DNA of 62,716 bases, the filler included, from Stramenopiles sp. TOSAG23-2 (lineage: Eukaryota): assembly GCA_900128395.1 (NCBI GenBank). It is 33 parts of 33 records of this genome, joined end to end, with 100 filler letters (N's around TTAATTAATTAA, not from the genome) between each part and the next. Parts side by side here need not be neighbours in the genome. Positions count along the whole stretch, not along the records: positions 11,490 to 13,301 come from LT652319.1; positions 13,402 to 15,212 come from LT652320.1; positions 15,313 to 17,122 come from LT652321.1; positions 17,223 to 19,031 come from LT652322.1; positions 19,132 to 20,940 come from LT652323.1; positions 21,041 to 22,848 come from LT652324.1; positions 22,949 to 24,756 come from LT652325.1; 26 more parts are not named here. One strand, 5' to 3'. A program made the translations under genes and the position numbers. This document shows positions 12,329 to 24,696 of the stretch, piece after piece. How positions within the stretch are numbered: the first letter of the stretch is position 1; every line of letters begins with the position of its first letter. Below the pieces are notes generated by a model. That model had not been told where the DNA came from and made no database searches. It saw nothing but the letters and a program-made list of their open reading frames with translations.

Positions 12329-14033
12329 TATCCTGATAATATCCTCTGCTGCACCGTATATCCTGATATATCCTCTGCACCGTATATCCTGCACACCGTA
12401 TATCCTGAGCGAAGCGTATATATATATATATATGTATGTTTTTATATACGTATATGTGTATGTATTTATACACGTATATGTATGTTTTTATATGTATTGA
12501 ACTATATATATGTATGTATATATATATAGTGATTATTAATATATTATTTAAAAAGGTTAATGGATAATATGGATCTATATTATACAATAATGGATATTCC
12601 TTTTTTTTTTGTAATTTACGTAGTAATAATTTTTTTTTTAAAAAAAAATAGACTATAAACGTATAATTATTTTGATTGGATCCTCCTTTTTTTGTACGTG
12701 TGTTATAATATATTATATACTGTCTATATCTTGTATCATATATCTTTCCAATATTATAGTATACAATGATGAGGAGGTATCACACACATATATCAGATAT
12801 ATCTTTAGACATTTATTTATTCATTAAAAAGTTAGAGTTGGGCAACAACTTGGAAAAGTTTATTAGTTGCAGTTGTTGTTGTGATTATCGAGAAGAAAGA
12901 AAAAAGGTTTTGTTGATAGTTAGTATAAATTTTTAGTATGGTATATGTAAATCACCTATATACAATACTATATACGGCTTAATTTTTATCGGGAGACAAC
13001 ATTGCAAATACCTTAAAAGGGGTGTGTTTTTTAGATGCGAAAAGACCACACCGTGCCCGTGTTATTAAGGAGTTATATATACACGTACGAAGTATATGTT
13101 TTAGAAAAACAATAACATATATATGTTTGATATGCACATATACGTAAACAACTTGTGAGTATATATATGTGACGGATTTTATCGTGCATTGAACCACAAA
13201 CCAGACACGGCATTTTATTTGTTGTGTGTTACTTCGTTTTAACCTCTTTTTCTTTCTTCTCCGTTTTTCCCTCTGGATCAACAATTTCCTCTTCTTCTAC
13301 TNNNNNNNNNNNNNNNNNNNNNNNNNNNNNNNNNNNNNNNNNNNNTTAATTAATTAANNNNNNNNNNNNNNNNNNNNNNNNNNNNNNNNNNNNNNNNNNN
13401 NATTTTATTTTTAACTATTTATAATTTGAAAAATTACGGTGCAATAATCGCCAATTGTTAGGTGTGTTTTTTAGTATACTAATTTTTAACAGTGTTGTTT
13501 GTACTTAGGTATCCGTCTCAGAATTTTTGTTGTTGTTGTTTTTTTTATGTTTTATTGATAAAGTACACGAAAAATTCTATTATAAATAGTGTTATTTTAA
13601 TTGACGAAAATTTTGACCGAAATACATTTCGGTCAAAAAAAAAAAAGCGTGTGCCACCTATATCTTTTGTACTAGACACTACCAAATATATTAGCATGGA
13701 ATTACAGGGGCGTGTGCCATGTAAAAATTATATCCCCACTATGAGTTTTAAAAAAAAGAAATTTTATAAAAAATATAAAATATTTTTTATTTTAGAAAAT
13801 ATATTATATTATGCGTAAACTTAAATATAAAAATATTATATATAAAAATGCTAGTATATTTTATTTTATGGGGGCCATATTTAAAATTTTTTTAAACGAC
13901 TCGACTTGCACCACTAATTTGCATACTATTTAACAATATGGAACTAGTTCCCAAGCCAGATTTGATACTGCCACCACTCATAATACTACTTCCACCAACT
14001 GATACTGCATCATTAAAATTGTCATCTTTGTTT

Positions 14034-15200
14034 TTAAACGACTCGACTTGCACCACTAATTTGCATACTATTTAACAATATGGAACTAGTTCCCAAGCCA
14101 GATTTGATACTGCCACCACTCATAATACTACTTCCACCAACTGATACTGCATCATTAAAATTGTCATCTTTGCCATTGTTACCTTGCTCAACGCTAACTT
14201 CAGCTAATTGTTTCAGTTGTTCCTCTCGATGTTCTTTTATAATTACAGTACGTGCATCTTCAAACTTGCGTTTTTTCTCTTTCCAAAACTTTAAAGATTT
14301 TTCTTTATTATTTGCATATGGTATTTTTCTACTGATAAAAAATTGCAATTTATTCAACGGCAATGTCATTCGTGGGAATCTCCTCAAGCATTGTCGAAAT
14401 TGCCGAAGACTAAATTCAACTTTATCAGCCGTCATTCCTATTTTTTGTTTTGAAAAATATCGTTGCATCATTCGCTGCATACGTTTAACTTGATATAGTG
14501 ATCTTGGATGATCACTTGTTTGTAATGCAGCGATTCTATGTGTGTGTGTGTGTGTGTGTATAGTGCAGATAATAGAGAGGATGTTATTTGTTAGCTTTGG
14601 ATTTCTACTGCCATGATACCTGAAAATGATTACCTTTCGATGCATGGTGTGTATAGTGCAGATAATAGAGAGGATGTTATTTGTTAGCTTTGGATTTCTA
14701 CTCTCTAAAGAAATGGAATTTACTTACAATCGGCAAATTTCATCCAAATCTACTATACCTTCACCACTAGTATCTGCATAATTAAAACAGAATTCTTCAA
14801 TTCGTCTTGTATCAAGCATACAATATACACCAACGAAACGAACAAAATCACCAAATCGAAAGATATCAGTTTTTGTTCTTAATCGTTTTGGATTACCATA
14901 ATCATCTTCCACTGGGAAAAAAGCTAATAAGTAATCAAAAAATATAGGCATATCCCTGTTGTTCAATGTAGGAAAACATTCGATGAAATCTGTTAGCATT
15001 TATTAGGTATATATATATGTATTATATATTATAATTTTGAAATTATGAAAAAGTAGATCTACATACTTGTGATCAAAACCAACATAATGCAATGTCTGCG
15101 TCGTCAGACTCTTTCTCGTCTAACTTGATATAGCAAAAATGCAATGCAGCATCCAAAAAAATAATAATATAAAGCACCTTAAATGTTTTTTAAGTGCCTA
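14034..15200 (-). CDS. Multi-exon EF-hand protein (5' truncated; exon boundaries approximate)
   Basis: FNYADTSGEGIVDLDEI EF-hand loop; GTAAG donor near 14727 and a TAG acceptor near 14536 join ORFs 14724..14999 and 14034..14645. Confidence 0.6.
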
Positions 15201-15312
15201 TCTACTACCTAANNNNNNNNNNNNNNNNNNNNNNNNNNNNNNNNNNNNNNNNNNNNTTAATTAATTAANNNNNNNNNNNNNNNNNNNNNNNNNNNNNNNN
15301 NNNNNNNNNNNN

Positions 15313-17122
15313 ACCAGACGCAGCAGCTGCTGCTGCTGCTAGTGCAGGTGCCAGTGTAGAAGAGCAAAGAAGAGTAAAAGAGCAACACACACGAATTTTG
15401 AAACAACGTACGCGTTTGATGCTGTTACGACATGCTGCACGTTGTACTGAAGCAGATGATAAATGCACGGCAACTCCACATTGCTCGCAAGTAAAAAAGT
15501 TATGGCAGCATGTGTTAGAATGTAGACAGAAAAGTTGCGAGTACCCTCATTGTATAACCTCGAGGCATGTATTAGCGCATTACCGGCAATGTCGTGATGG
15601 CCATTGCTTAGTATGCGGGCCTGTTCGAAAAGCGGCCAGAAGAAGTAAGGAAGAAGAGCGAGAACGTATGCGCGGGCCTTGCGAAGGATATCGTAAGCCT
15701 GGCCTTTTAGAAGCATTAAAAGACCATGAGTTGGAAATTCATATTAAAGAATGTAAAACTGAAAATATGGTTACCGTATTAGGTTTAGTATTACGGCGTT
15801 TAATGGAAAGCAAGAAAAATAGAGGAACATTTAATTCTGTCATAGATGTGGTGAAATTGAATATACCGCATTACAATAAAATTGTTACTTCGCCAATGGA
15901 CTTAGGCACGATACGAAAGCAGTTGGAATTATTAAACTATGATACACCAGACGAATTTGCGAAAGACGTGCGTCTCGTATTTGCTAATGCAATGAAATTC
16001 AACCCGATTGAGCACAATGTACATATATCTGCTAAGGAATTGCTGGCACAATTTGAAGAAGACTTTGAAAAAGCACTGCAACGCTTAGACCCTACTCGAC
16101 CATTGCCAACCAAGAATAATGGGACGCCGAAAGGAGGAAAGAAAGGTGGCAATAAAATGTCACGCCGACCACAGTCACAAGCAAAGAAAGCGTTGATGCG
16201 AGGAATATTGGCACCACGTAAAAATGGCTTGTGTACATTATGTGGAGATCCAAAATGTGTGCAATGCCCGATGTGTGAGAGTGGTTGCCGGGCATTTGAA
16301 TCACCATCGTTGCACTGTCGTGGCTCTTGTGGGTCCAGGGTAGTCCGCAATAGTTCTTTCTGGGCTTTACCAAGTACAAACTATTTTGTTTGGTGCCAAT
16401 CATGTTACGAGAACATGCATCGACGAAAAAAGCAAATTATTGGCGATCGTACAATCACGAAACATATGTTAATTAAGAAAAAAAACAATGCTATATTAGG
16501 GGAACCATGGGTTCAATGCGATGTTTGCAATGCATGGCAGCATCAAATATGTTGTATGTATAACGCAAGGGCGGAAGCAAAGTATGAAGATGGTAAATTT
16601 GTTTGTCCAATTTGTCGGCATAAAATTATGAAGGAGGAAAAAGACGAGGAAGAAGAGAAAAGAAAGCAGGACAAAGAACAGAAAGAGAAAGAAGAGAATG
16701 ATGACAGTTTGGCATTGGCGGCGAATTTATTGGGAAATTCAAATAGTGATACCAGTTCATTGGGTAAAGACGGTGGTAAAAGCGATAGCAATGGAAATAG
16801 TAATGATAGGGGCAACACAATTGTAAATAAAAAATCCGTATCGTTCAAAGAGGAAAATGATGCTTTGAGCACGATTCATGAAGATGATACATCATCAGTA
16901 GATGCCTCTCCTGCTAGTAGTATAAAAGGGTTGAGCAACGTTATTGGTGGGAAGCATCATACTGGCATACGAGTCGATACTAGTATCAGAACGCCAATGC
17001 CATCCATTAAATCACCTAGCAGCTCCCCACTCCCAATGCCAAGTCCAATGGGAACGCCACCGCCGGTACATACAAAAGATGGTGATGTTGAGATGTCAAA
17101 TGGGAATTCCAATCATTTGGAC
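15313..17122 (+). CDS. CBP: CBP/p300-family histone acetyltransferase, internal fragment (TAZ - bromodomain - Zn/RING - PHD)
   Basis: TAZ: LLRHAARC...HC...KKLWQHVLEC...CITSRHVLAHY. Bromodomain: IPHY.KIVTSPMDLGTI...DVRLVFANAMKFN. PHD: EPWVQCDVCNAWQHQICCMYN...FVCPIC. Confidence 0.9.
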
Positions 17123-17368
17123 NNNNNNNNNNNNNNNNNNNNNNNNNNNNNNNNNNNNNNNNNNNNTTAATTAATTAANNNNNNNNNNNNNNNNNNNNNN
17201 NNNNNNNNNNNNNNNNNNNNNNAGTAGGAATTATCATGAGTAAATTAAAAATAAATTATGCGTAAATTAAATTTTATATATATATATAATACTCGTAAAT
17301 AAGAGAATTTTTTATATACTCTCGTATAATATAAATATATCTTTAGAGAATAATTTATAAATTTTTAT

Positions 17369-19031
17369 TTATTGTTGGATTTCATAATATTTACCCGATT
17401 TTGGATCAAAATAACAAGCTAAAACTGGATCATATATCAATTCCACTGATGCTTCTCCACCTTTTGAACTATTCATTGCATTATTATCATCAGCATTAAC
17501 AATATCGGCATCATCACTATCAATGGTTATTTGACCCTCCTCCTCTTGTACATCTCCATCCTCTTTTTTTACTATTACAGCTTCAATAACATTATTCGCT
17601 TCAATATTTTCCTTATCATTAACTTCAATATCTTCTATTTCTAAATCATCCTTAACATCTTCATTCTCATCACCAAATTCTTCCATGTATGATTGCTCTA
17701 ATTCTAATAATTTTCGTCGTTTTTCTTCTAACATTTGACGTTTTTTTGTTAAATCATCAGACAAAACTGCAACTTTAGATGAAACTTGTTCTTCTTCCTT
17801 TAATAGGTGTTGCTGTTGTTCTATTTCCTCTTCCATCATCATTTCAAAACTTTCATTATCTTCATCATCAGCTTGAACTAAATCAATTCTTTCTCCATAT
17901 GTCATTAACCCTTCAGATAAATCGGAAGAGTCTAAGGAAACGTTGTTGTTATCACTACCATTGTGAAATTCCATTTCTTCATCATCTACGTCGATACTTT
18001 CCCGTTCACGGGCATCTACACGCCCATGAATATGATTTTGAAATTGTATTTCATATTCTGCATTGATAGAATTATCTTGTTGCACCATATTGCTATCATC
18101 ATCATCATCATTTAAACTTATATTACTAATATTGTCAACATTATCATTCTCCATCGCAGCAAGTTTGTTGCCATTGGAAATAAAATTGTTATCCAGGACA
18201 TCGCTATTATCACCATCAACAGTACTTCTAATACTATTGTTGTTGTTATTATTATTATTAGATATTACAACAACATCCCCATATAAGTCATCACTATCTA
18301 AAGAGGAATTCACTTCCTTCCTTCTGTTATTTGCATTAAATTCAATTTCATTTCCTTTTTCGTCATGACCATATAAAATATCATCATTCTCAGTTGTATC
18401 ATATTTACTCCCATCATATAGCACAGATGGAACTTTTACATCTGGGACTATTATACTCTGGGAATCATCATCTTGCTCTTGAACAATTGCATCTTCTTCA
18501 TCCCTCTCTTCAACAACCGATTTTAACATGGAATCATCTGTTTCTTGTCGTTGTCTAACTGGAGATGGTGGTGGTGTTTGCTCCAAAGTTAAAGCTTGTG
18601 CTACAGGCGTACGCTTTAATGCGGGGCTTTCATATGGAGTATTTGGCGTTGCAGGTGGTACAGAATATTGCGGCGACCCATCGTAGCGATCACCCCTAAG
18701 TATTGGACTTGTTTTTCTACTAACCATGTCACGATTACGACGTGCGGATTGTTTTGGGGTAATATATGATCCAGTACCTGATGGTGGGCTTTTTGCAGGA
18801 CTTTTACGCGTTGATGTTGGTGTTTTCCTGCTACTATTAGCAGCATTTAATCTCATATTTTTGATACCAAGACTAATATTGTTTGGATCATTTTTATTAC
18901 GATTACTTCTACGTTTAACACTTCTTGGTGGTGTTGATGTGTTTTTTCCATATTTCTTCTTTGCATTTGTTTTATTGCGACTTGGACTTGGTGTAAAACG
19001 TGTGCCAAATGCTAATTGTGGTGTCGTATTC
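17369..19031 (-). CDS. Long disordered protein ending in a CFAP20DC/C3orf67-type tail (5' truncated)
   Basis: C-terminus ELIYDPVLACYFDPKSGKYYEI closely resembles the LxYDPxLNCYFDPxTGKYYEL end of CFAP20DC; the frame is open to the contig end. Confidence 0.65.
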
Positions 19032-19555
19032 NNNNNNNNNNNNNNNNNNNNNNNNNNNNNNNNNNNNNNNNNNNNTTAATTAATTAANNNNNNNNNNNNN
19101 NNNNNNNNNNNNNNNNNNNNNNNNNNNNNNNCTGTTGCTCCAACTGGTACTAATATTCATGGTGTTGGTTTACAAAAGAGTTAAAATATTATTTAAAAAT
19201 CTTTTTTTAAATATTTTAATGGTTAAAATCTAAGTTTTATAATAATTTTACTTCCCGTGCTAAGTATTACTAATATGCGCTATATCTTTTTATATAATAA
19301 AAATATTAAAAATTTTATACGAAGTATAATAAATAAAATTATGTTTTTACAACATACACATTATTTTATATATTTATGATACACGTTTATTTTTGCAGTG
19401 AAATACACGGACGAATATTTTAAGACTTACACACACCCCGTTTATCTCACAGATCGACAGCAAATTCAACAGGTCTTGCCTTTACTTTAAAATGAACATT
19501 TTTGCAGTGAAATACACGGACGAATATTTTAAGACTTACACACACCCCGTTTATC

Positions 19556-20230
19556 TCACAGATCGACAGCAAATTCAACAGGTCTTGCCTTTACTTTAAA
19601 AAGATCTTCAACACCAAGCAAATCATCATCCGGCTTGCATACCTTCAAAACTTTTTTTCCACATATATCATTTACAAAGACATGAGTTTCATAACGATCA
19701 TCTTGAACATTTTCTTTATAAAATGAAATTAACTCTTCATCATAATCACCAATAACTTCGCCACACATATTAATAATAAACTGAGACACCCAATTCCCTT
19801 GTAACATGCTTATTGTCTTATCTCGTGAAAAAGATGTCGTTGCAACATTATTACGGCGTTGTAAACCCCAATTTTTTAATGGATAAAATGGCAATTTATT
19901 TTGTTTTGTTTTATGAATTATATGTGCACGGGCATTTTTTACATCAGCACATACAGCATCTAGGATTTCAAGTCGATCATATTCCTTTACATATTTATAA
20001 CTGCCTTTTTTAAGATCAGCTTTCATAAATCCTTCAAAAATTTCTAATGTTACTGCTCGACAAGCGGAACAACGTAGTTCTTTTCTTGTCGCTGGTTTGC
20101 TTAAATCAGGTAATTGTTTAATTTCTTCTTCTGATGGTGGTATTGATATAACAAAAATGATTAAGAACGACAATACCATAAACAGAACAAATTGCATGGA
20201 CAATATTATTATCCTATTTTTCATTTTCAT
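19556..20230 (-). CDS. Canopy/saposin-like (DUF3456) secretory-pathway protein
   Basis: N-terminal hydrophobic segment; CSACRAV, LEILDAVC, CGEVIGDYDEEL and C-terminal C....C give the six-Cys saposin pattern. Confidence 0.75.
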   Translation of the reverse strand: MKMKNRIIILSMQFVLFMVLSFLIIFVISIPPSEEEIKQLPDLSKPATRKELRCSACRAVTLEIFEGFMKADLKKGSYKYVKEYDRLEILDAVCADVKNARAHIIHKTKQNKLPFYPLKNWGLQRRNNVATTSFSRDKTISMLQGNWVSQFIINMCGEVIGDYDEELISFYKENVQDDRYETHVFVNDICGKKVLKVCKPDDDLLGVEDLFKVKARPVEFAVDL

Positions 20231-21040
20231 ATTATTTGTGATGGTGGTATTGATATAACAAAAATGATTAAGAACGACAATACCATAAACAGAACAAATT
20301 GCATGGATAATATTATTATCCTATTTTTCATTTTCATATTATTTGTGTATCGCACACCGTATATATATATATATAATCTTGTTACAATATTTAAATACTT
20401 GTATATATATCTTTTCACTTCTATGTTTCAATTTATAATTATTTATATCATCAAAACCAGCAAAGAAGGCCTGTATGTATAAAATAACAACAACAACAGA
20501 AAAAACCTGGAGCGAATTAATTTTATTATACGTGCTGTGTCAATGCTAATCTGTGATCTCGCTTAATTTGCGAACTTTTTAAAATAGCTTTTTTTTGCTT
20601 TGGGCTTAATAATTTTTTGCGCACCTTGATTTCATTGTACTTTTAATATAAAAATGATGTGGTGGTGTGTGCGTGTGTGATTTCCAGATTTCGTCGTGAT
20701 TTCCTGGATTTCGGTATTTTAATAGTCCTCGTATAGTTATAGTTAGTGATTGAATAATAAATCTTTTTTATATAATATTTTATATTTTTATAATTTTAGA
20801 TAATAATGTATGCAGGGCAAACAAGAATATGCAACATCACCGTTGGGGGTGTGAGAAAAAACTATTTAAGAAAGATAGAATTTAGAGAGAAAAATAAAAG
20901 TAAAATATGGTACTATGTGTAGCCATTTTATTGTTGCAAGNNNNNNNNNNNNNNNNNNNNNNNNNNNNNNNNNNNNNNNNNNNNTTAATTAATTAANNNN
21001 NNNNNNNNNNNNNNNNNNNNNNNNNNNNNNNNNNNNNNNN

Positions 21041-21625
21041 CATACGTTGAAACAAGCAAACGAACATTCAAAATTTTGTGGACAAGGTTTGGATCATAAA
21101 GGTGAATTTCGAAAATTAGCTGCAAGTACTACTTGTGGATATTGTAACAATTTCGGTTACAAATGTACTGTAAAGATTACTGGTGCTGATGATAAAGTTA
21201 ATGGAGAAATGGTGGAATATAATCGCAAAGAACCCGAATCTGGCATTTGTATGTGGTCAAAAAAATGTGATAATGCACAATGTATATTAAGATATGCTGG
21301 GAAAAGTGGACGCTGGGAAATTTTATCAACCAGATCTAGCAATAAAGTGGCTTATTACAAAACAACTACTGAAAAAGATCCAAAAAAAGTTGATCTATCA
21401 AAAGGATGGGAAAAAGGTGAAATTGGAACTAACACTAATCCAACAGCAATGACGCTTACATTTACATGTACTGATTATGCAATTCCAGCTTCGTGTACTG
21501 AATGCGACCATTTAACTGATACATCTTGCTTATCAACTGGTAATCAAATTTATACAGTAGGAAACAGTATTGTTTTTTCTTGTATAACTTTGGCAATCAC
21601 ATTTTGGTTGTTTGTTTTAATTTGA
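21041..21625 (+). CDS. Cys-rich surface protein, C-terminal part with hydrophobic tail (TM or GPI signal)
   Basis: Open from the contig start, many Cys, ends IVFSCITLAITFWLFVLI. Confidence 0.6.
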   Translation, partial: HTLKQANEHSKFCGQGLDHKGEFRKLAASTTCGYCNNFGYKCTVKITGADDKVNGEMVEYNRKEPESGICMWSKKCDNAQCILRYAGKSGRWEILSTRSSNKVAYYKTTTEKDPKKVDLSKGWEKGEIGTNTNPTAMTLTFTCTDYAIPASCTECDHLTDTSCLSTGNQIYTVGNSIVFSCITLAITFWLFVLI

Positions 21626-21895
21626 GCTGCTGTATGTGGTGGGGCTTTTAGCTAGGGCTTTCGAGATAATTAAAATCTACTCGTAAATTTACCGAATATT
21701 TCAGTACGACGCATAATATTACTTCGTATGATACATTTTAACAGAGAGCAGAGAGCAGAGAGAGAAAAAAAAAGAAAGTTTTTACCGAAGCTTGTACGAA
21801 TTTTTTACACGCATTACGAATTACACACGGAGATCTTGGCCTGTAATATTTTTACAACAATTTATCTTTTACTTTTTAAAAATCATCATAATTTT

Positions 21896-22729
21896 TTATT
21901 TTTTTACATTTTTACTACATTCATCTAATAATTCTCGCATTCTTTGACGTGAATATCGATGACCTTGATCTGCTGCAGAGTATAATAATGGTATGGCACG
22001 TGGGATGTCAATAGTTACACCAATGCCTTCCAATAACATATCAGCACACATATATTTCGCAGCAACATGATTCTGCTCAGCAGCTTTTTCAAACATTTCA
22101 AATGCTAATGTTTCATTCTCTTCCAAGATACCTTCAATACCAGTATAATAACATGTTCCTAACTCGTACAAAGCTTGGGAATGGTTATGTTTTTCAATTG
22201 CTAATTTCAAATATTTCATAGCAAGTTTTTCATTCAATTCAACCCCATATCCTTCAAGATAAACAACTGCATAAGCGCACATACCATCTGGATTATTACT
22301 AACATCTGCTAGATTTTTAAAAAGTTTCAAACCTTTTGTTACATCCAAATTATTAAAAACAAGAGCTGTTGCCAAGTCAAATGTTGCCTTGATACAAACG
22401 TCCAAATGTGGCTTCTTTATAAGAATATTTTCATTGTCATCATCATTAGTACAATTTTGTTTTTTAAGATTATTCAATATAGTAGGTATATCCTCTTGAT
22501 CTGGTTGATAAGCTGGCCAAGCCCTTGCCGGTAATTTACGAAATCCTTCTGCTTCATCGCGTTCCCATATTTCTCTAATTTCTTTTTCTTTTTCACCTCG
22601 GTAGGGCTTTAAACTTTCACGCAATATTGCGAGGCGGTCATTATTATTATTATTATTCTCTGATAAAGCAATAAGGCATACTGCAAATGTTGATGCAGCT
22701 GGCGTTATATATTTAAATTGTTTTAACAT
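21896..22729 (-). CDS. Sel1-like repeat protein
   Basis: ALYELGTCYYTG, AFEMFEKAAEQNHVAA, GIGVTIDIPRAI.LLYSAADQGH. Confidence 0.9.
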   Translation of the reverse strand: MLKQFKYITPAASTFAVCLIALSENNNNNNDRLAILRESLKPYRGEKEKEIREIWERDEAEGFRKLPARAWPAYQPDQEDIPTILNNLKKQNCTNDDDNENILIKKPHLDVCIKATFDLATALVFNNLDVTKGLKLFKNLADVSNNPDGMCAYAVVYLEGYGVELNEKLAMKYLKLAIEKHNHSQALYELGTCYYTGIEGILEENETLAFEMFEKAAEQNHVAAKYMCADMLLEGIGVTIDIPRAIPLLYSAADQGHRYSRQRMRELLDECSKNVKK

Positions 22730-22948
22730 GATGATGGTGATATATTGTAGTGATACAGTTTATTATATACAACAAAAGAAATTAATATGAAGTAAAACGA
22801 AGACGTAAATAAATAACATATATGTATTCTTCTTCTTCTTACCAAATANNNNNNNNNNNNNNNNNNNNNNNNNNNNNNNNNNNNNNNNNNNNTTAATTAA
22901 TTAANNNNNNNNNNNNNNNNNNNNNNNNNNNNNNNNNNNNNNNNNNNN

Positions 22949-23290
22949 TTGAAAATCTAACTTTTGAAGTTCTGCTAGAGTGGTTGCATCGCTGTTTGAT
23001 TTACGCAATGGAACCTTGTCGTCGTTGTCGTGTCTGTAGCCTTCCAAGGCATCAAAAACTTTATGGTTGTTCACACCGACGTTTCGAGTAATCGTTACGA
23101 GTGTTGTAAAATTATCTTGTATTTCACTTAATAAATCATCTATGGTTTTTATATTTTGTTTCTCTAGATGCTCCTTTGATTTTTTACCAATACCAGGAAT
23201 GGTTTGCACCGAACTTGCTCTCGTAGTGGACTCTTCGAATTCTACTTTTTGCAGTGCCGACAAATGACTTTTTTCTTTATCGAATTGCAT
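22949..23290 (-). CDS. Helix-hairpin-helix (BAF-like) DNA-binding protein, 3' truncated
   Basis: VQTIPGIGKKSKEHLEKQNIKTIDDLL HhH signature. Confidence 0.6.
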
Positions 23291-23416
23291 CTTACACGTC
23301 CTCTTTCTCTTTCTGATATAGAAATTTGCCACGTTCGTCCAACACCACTCCATGCTTCTCTCTTGATTGTTGCAATTGCTTCTAATATTACTATTACACA
23401 TTACACATAACTCCTC

Positions 23417-23884
23417 TCACAAACTCTCGACAACACTACATTTCTTTACTCCCGCCTTGAAACAGATCCCACAAATCCTTCTCTTTGCACCCATCCAATA
23501 CGGGGTAGCTGGAAGGTGATGATGGTATACCCATTTGCGACAGTGAAAGCATGATCCATCTGCTGCACGGTCATATTTTGGAACGCAAGCCAGAAAGCGA
23601 TACTTGTCCCTTAAGATCTTAAGATCTTGATCTGGGAGACGTTGGAGGTGGTTTGTTTGCAAATCCTCTCTTGCCGTTTCAGGGTTAACTAATTTATTTC
23701 CGAAAGGACCATCATCAACCATTAGATTAATTTCCTTGTTTATACTTTTGAAGCAAGTTAGACAATACGGTCTATATTTTTTCGTATCCCAGTTCTTCTT
23801 ACATGCCATACATTCTTTCCGTTTTAAAAATAACGACCATAAGAATGATTTGCGTCTCTTTTCTTTCCAATCATCAGATTTCAT
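23417..23884 (-). CDS. Zn-ribbon-rich hypothetical protein; may be the C-terminal continuation of the CoiA-like ORF across the 23885..23971 gap
   Basis: Four CxxC pairs; the frame abuts the internal N gap. Confidence 0.55.
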   Translation of the reverse strand: MKSDDWKEKRRKSFLWSLFLKRKECMACKKNWDTKKYRPYCLTCFKSINKEINLMVDDGPFGNKLVNPETAREDLQTNHLQRLPDQDLKILRDKYRFLACVPKYDRAADGSCFHCRKWVYHHHLPATPYWMGAKRRICGICFKAGVKKCSVVESL

Positions 23885-23971
23885 NNNNNNNNNNNNNNNN
23901 NNNNNNNNNNNNNNNNNNNNNNNNNNNNNNNNNNNNNNNNNNNNNNNNNNNNNNNNNNNNNNNNNNNNNNN

Positions 23972-24696
23972 TAATCATTATCATCTAGACAATAAAATAT
24001 AAATCCATAAAAATTATTCACTCCACGATTTGCCTGCTCTACTTCACTAGTAAACAGTTGCCAGGGAGCACAAAAATAACCAAGCTTTACAGCAAGCTCT
24101 CTTGTAGTAAAACAGTCTTTTGCTGAACATTTTGGACGTTCACGACGACATTCTAATTCGATTGTATTTATATTTTCCAAATCCCTCTTACCCACACTTT
24201 TAATCAATTCTATTGCATTAATTTCATACCACACACAAGGGCGTTTGATTGTCCTATGTGTTACTAAAATTTCAAATATAACGGAAGGAATGCCGTTTCC
24301 AAATATAGCAATGTCTGCAATACCTCCGTAAATACGTTTTTCGACAATTGCACTTTGGTTTTCTCTGGTAAGGGTTGTTGGGTCGCTTTTACTTCCAACT
24401 GTATGCTTTAGTTATGAACCACAAATTTGTATAGTATCAACTTCTTTAAATTTACAAACACCGCATGCTGTTTTTTTTACTTTTATTTCTGTGCCTTGAT
24501 TTATTAATGTTGCTAATACGTTTTTTGCCATTTTGTGGAATTCTGTCTCGCCCGCTTCTTTGCACTCTCTACTTTCATCACGCCGCCCTATATGACTGAA
24601 ATGCGGTCTATTTATCTCACCCCATCTTAATACAATTTCACAATTACATTCAGGACACTTTTTTCTTGGCCGTGGCCACACTGGTTGCAAAGGCAA
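23972..24696 (-). pseudogene. CoiA-like Zn-finger + PD-(D/E)xK nuclease with one in-frame TAA (24412..24414) and no ATG
   Basis: CPEC...LRWGEINRPHFSH...GETEFHKMAK; reading through the stop gives GIADIA...VIFEILVTH.T..RP..WYEI. Confidence 0.7.

Noticed and set aside
15313..17122. Unusual CBP domain order
   Set aside because: TAZ-bromodomain-Zn-PHD is within the expected range for CBP/p300 proteins, and the HAT domain is simply beyond the contig end.
24412..24414. Alternative genetic code (TAA read-through)
   Set aside because: Conserved genes in the window end at TAA/TAG/TGA normally and long ORFs lack internal stops.
24394..24420. Tiny introns (21-34 nt) as a general explanation for the CoiA stop and the Josephin and phosphatase frameshifts
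   Set aside because: Frame-restoring GT..AG pairs exist but arise easily by chance; the clear introns here are 92-166 nt with GTAAG donors.
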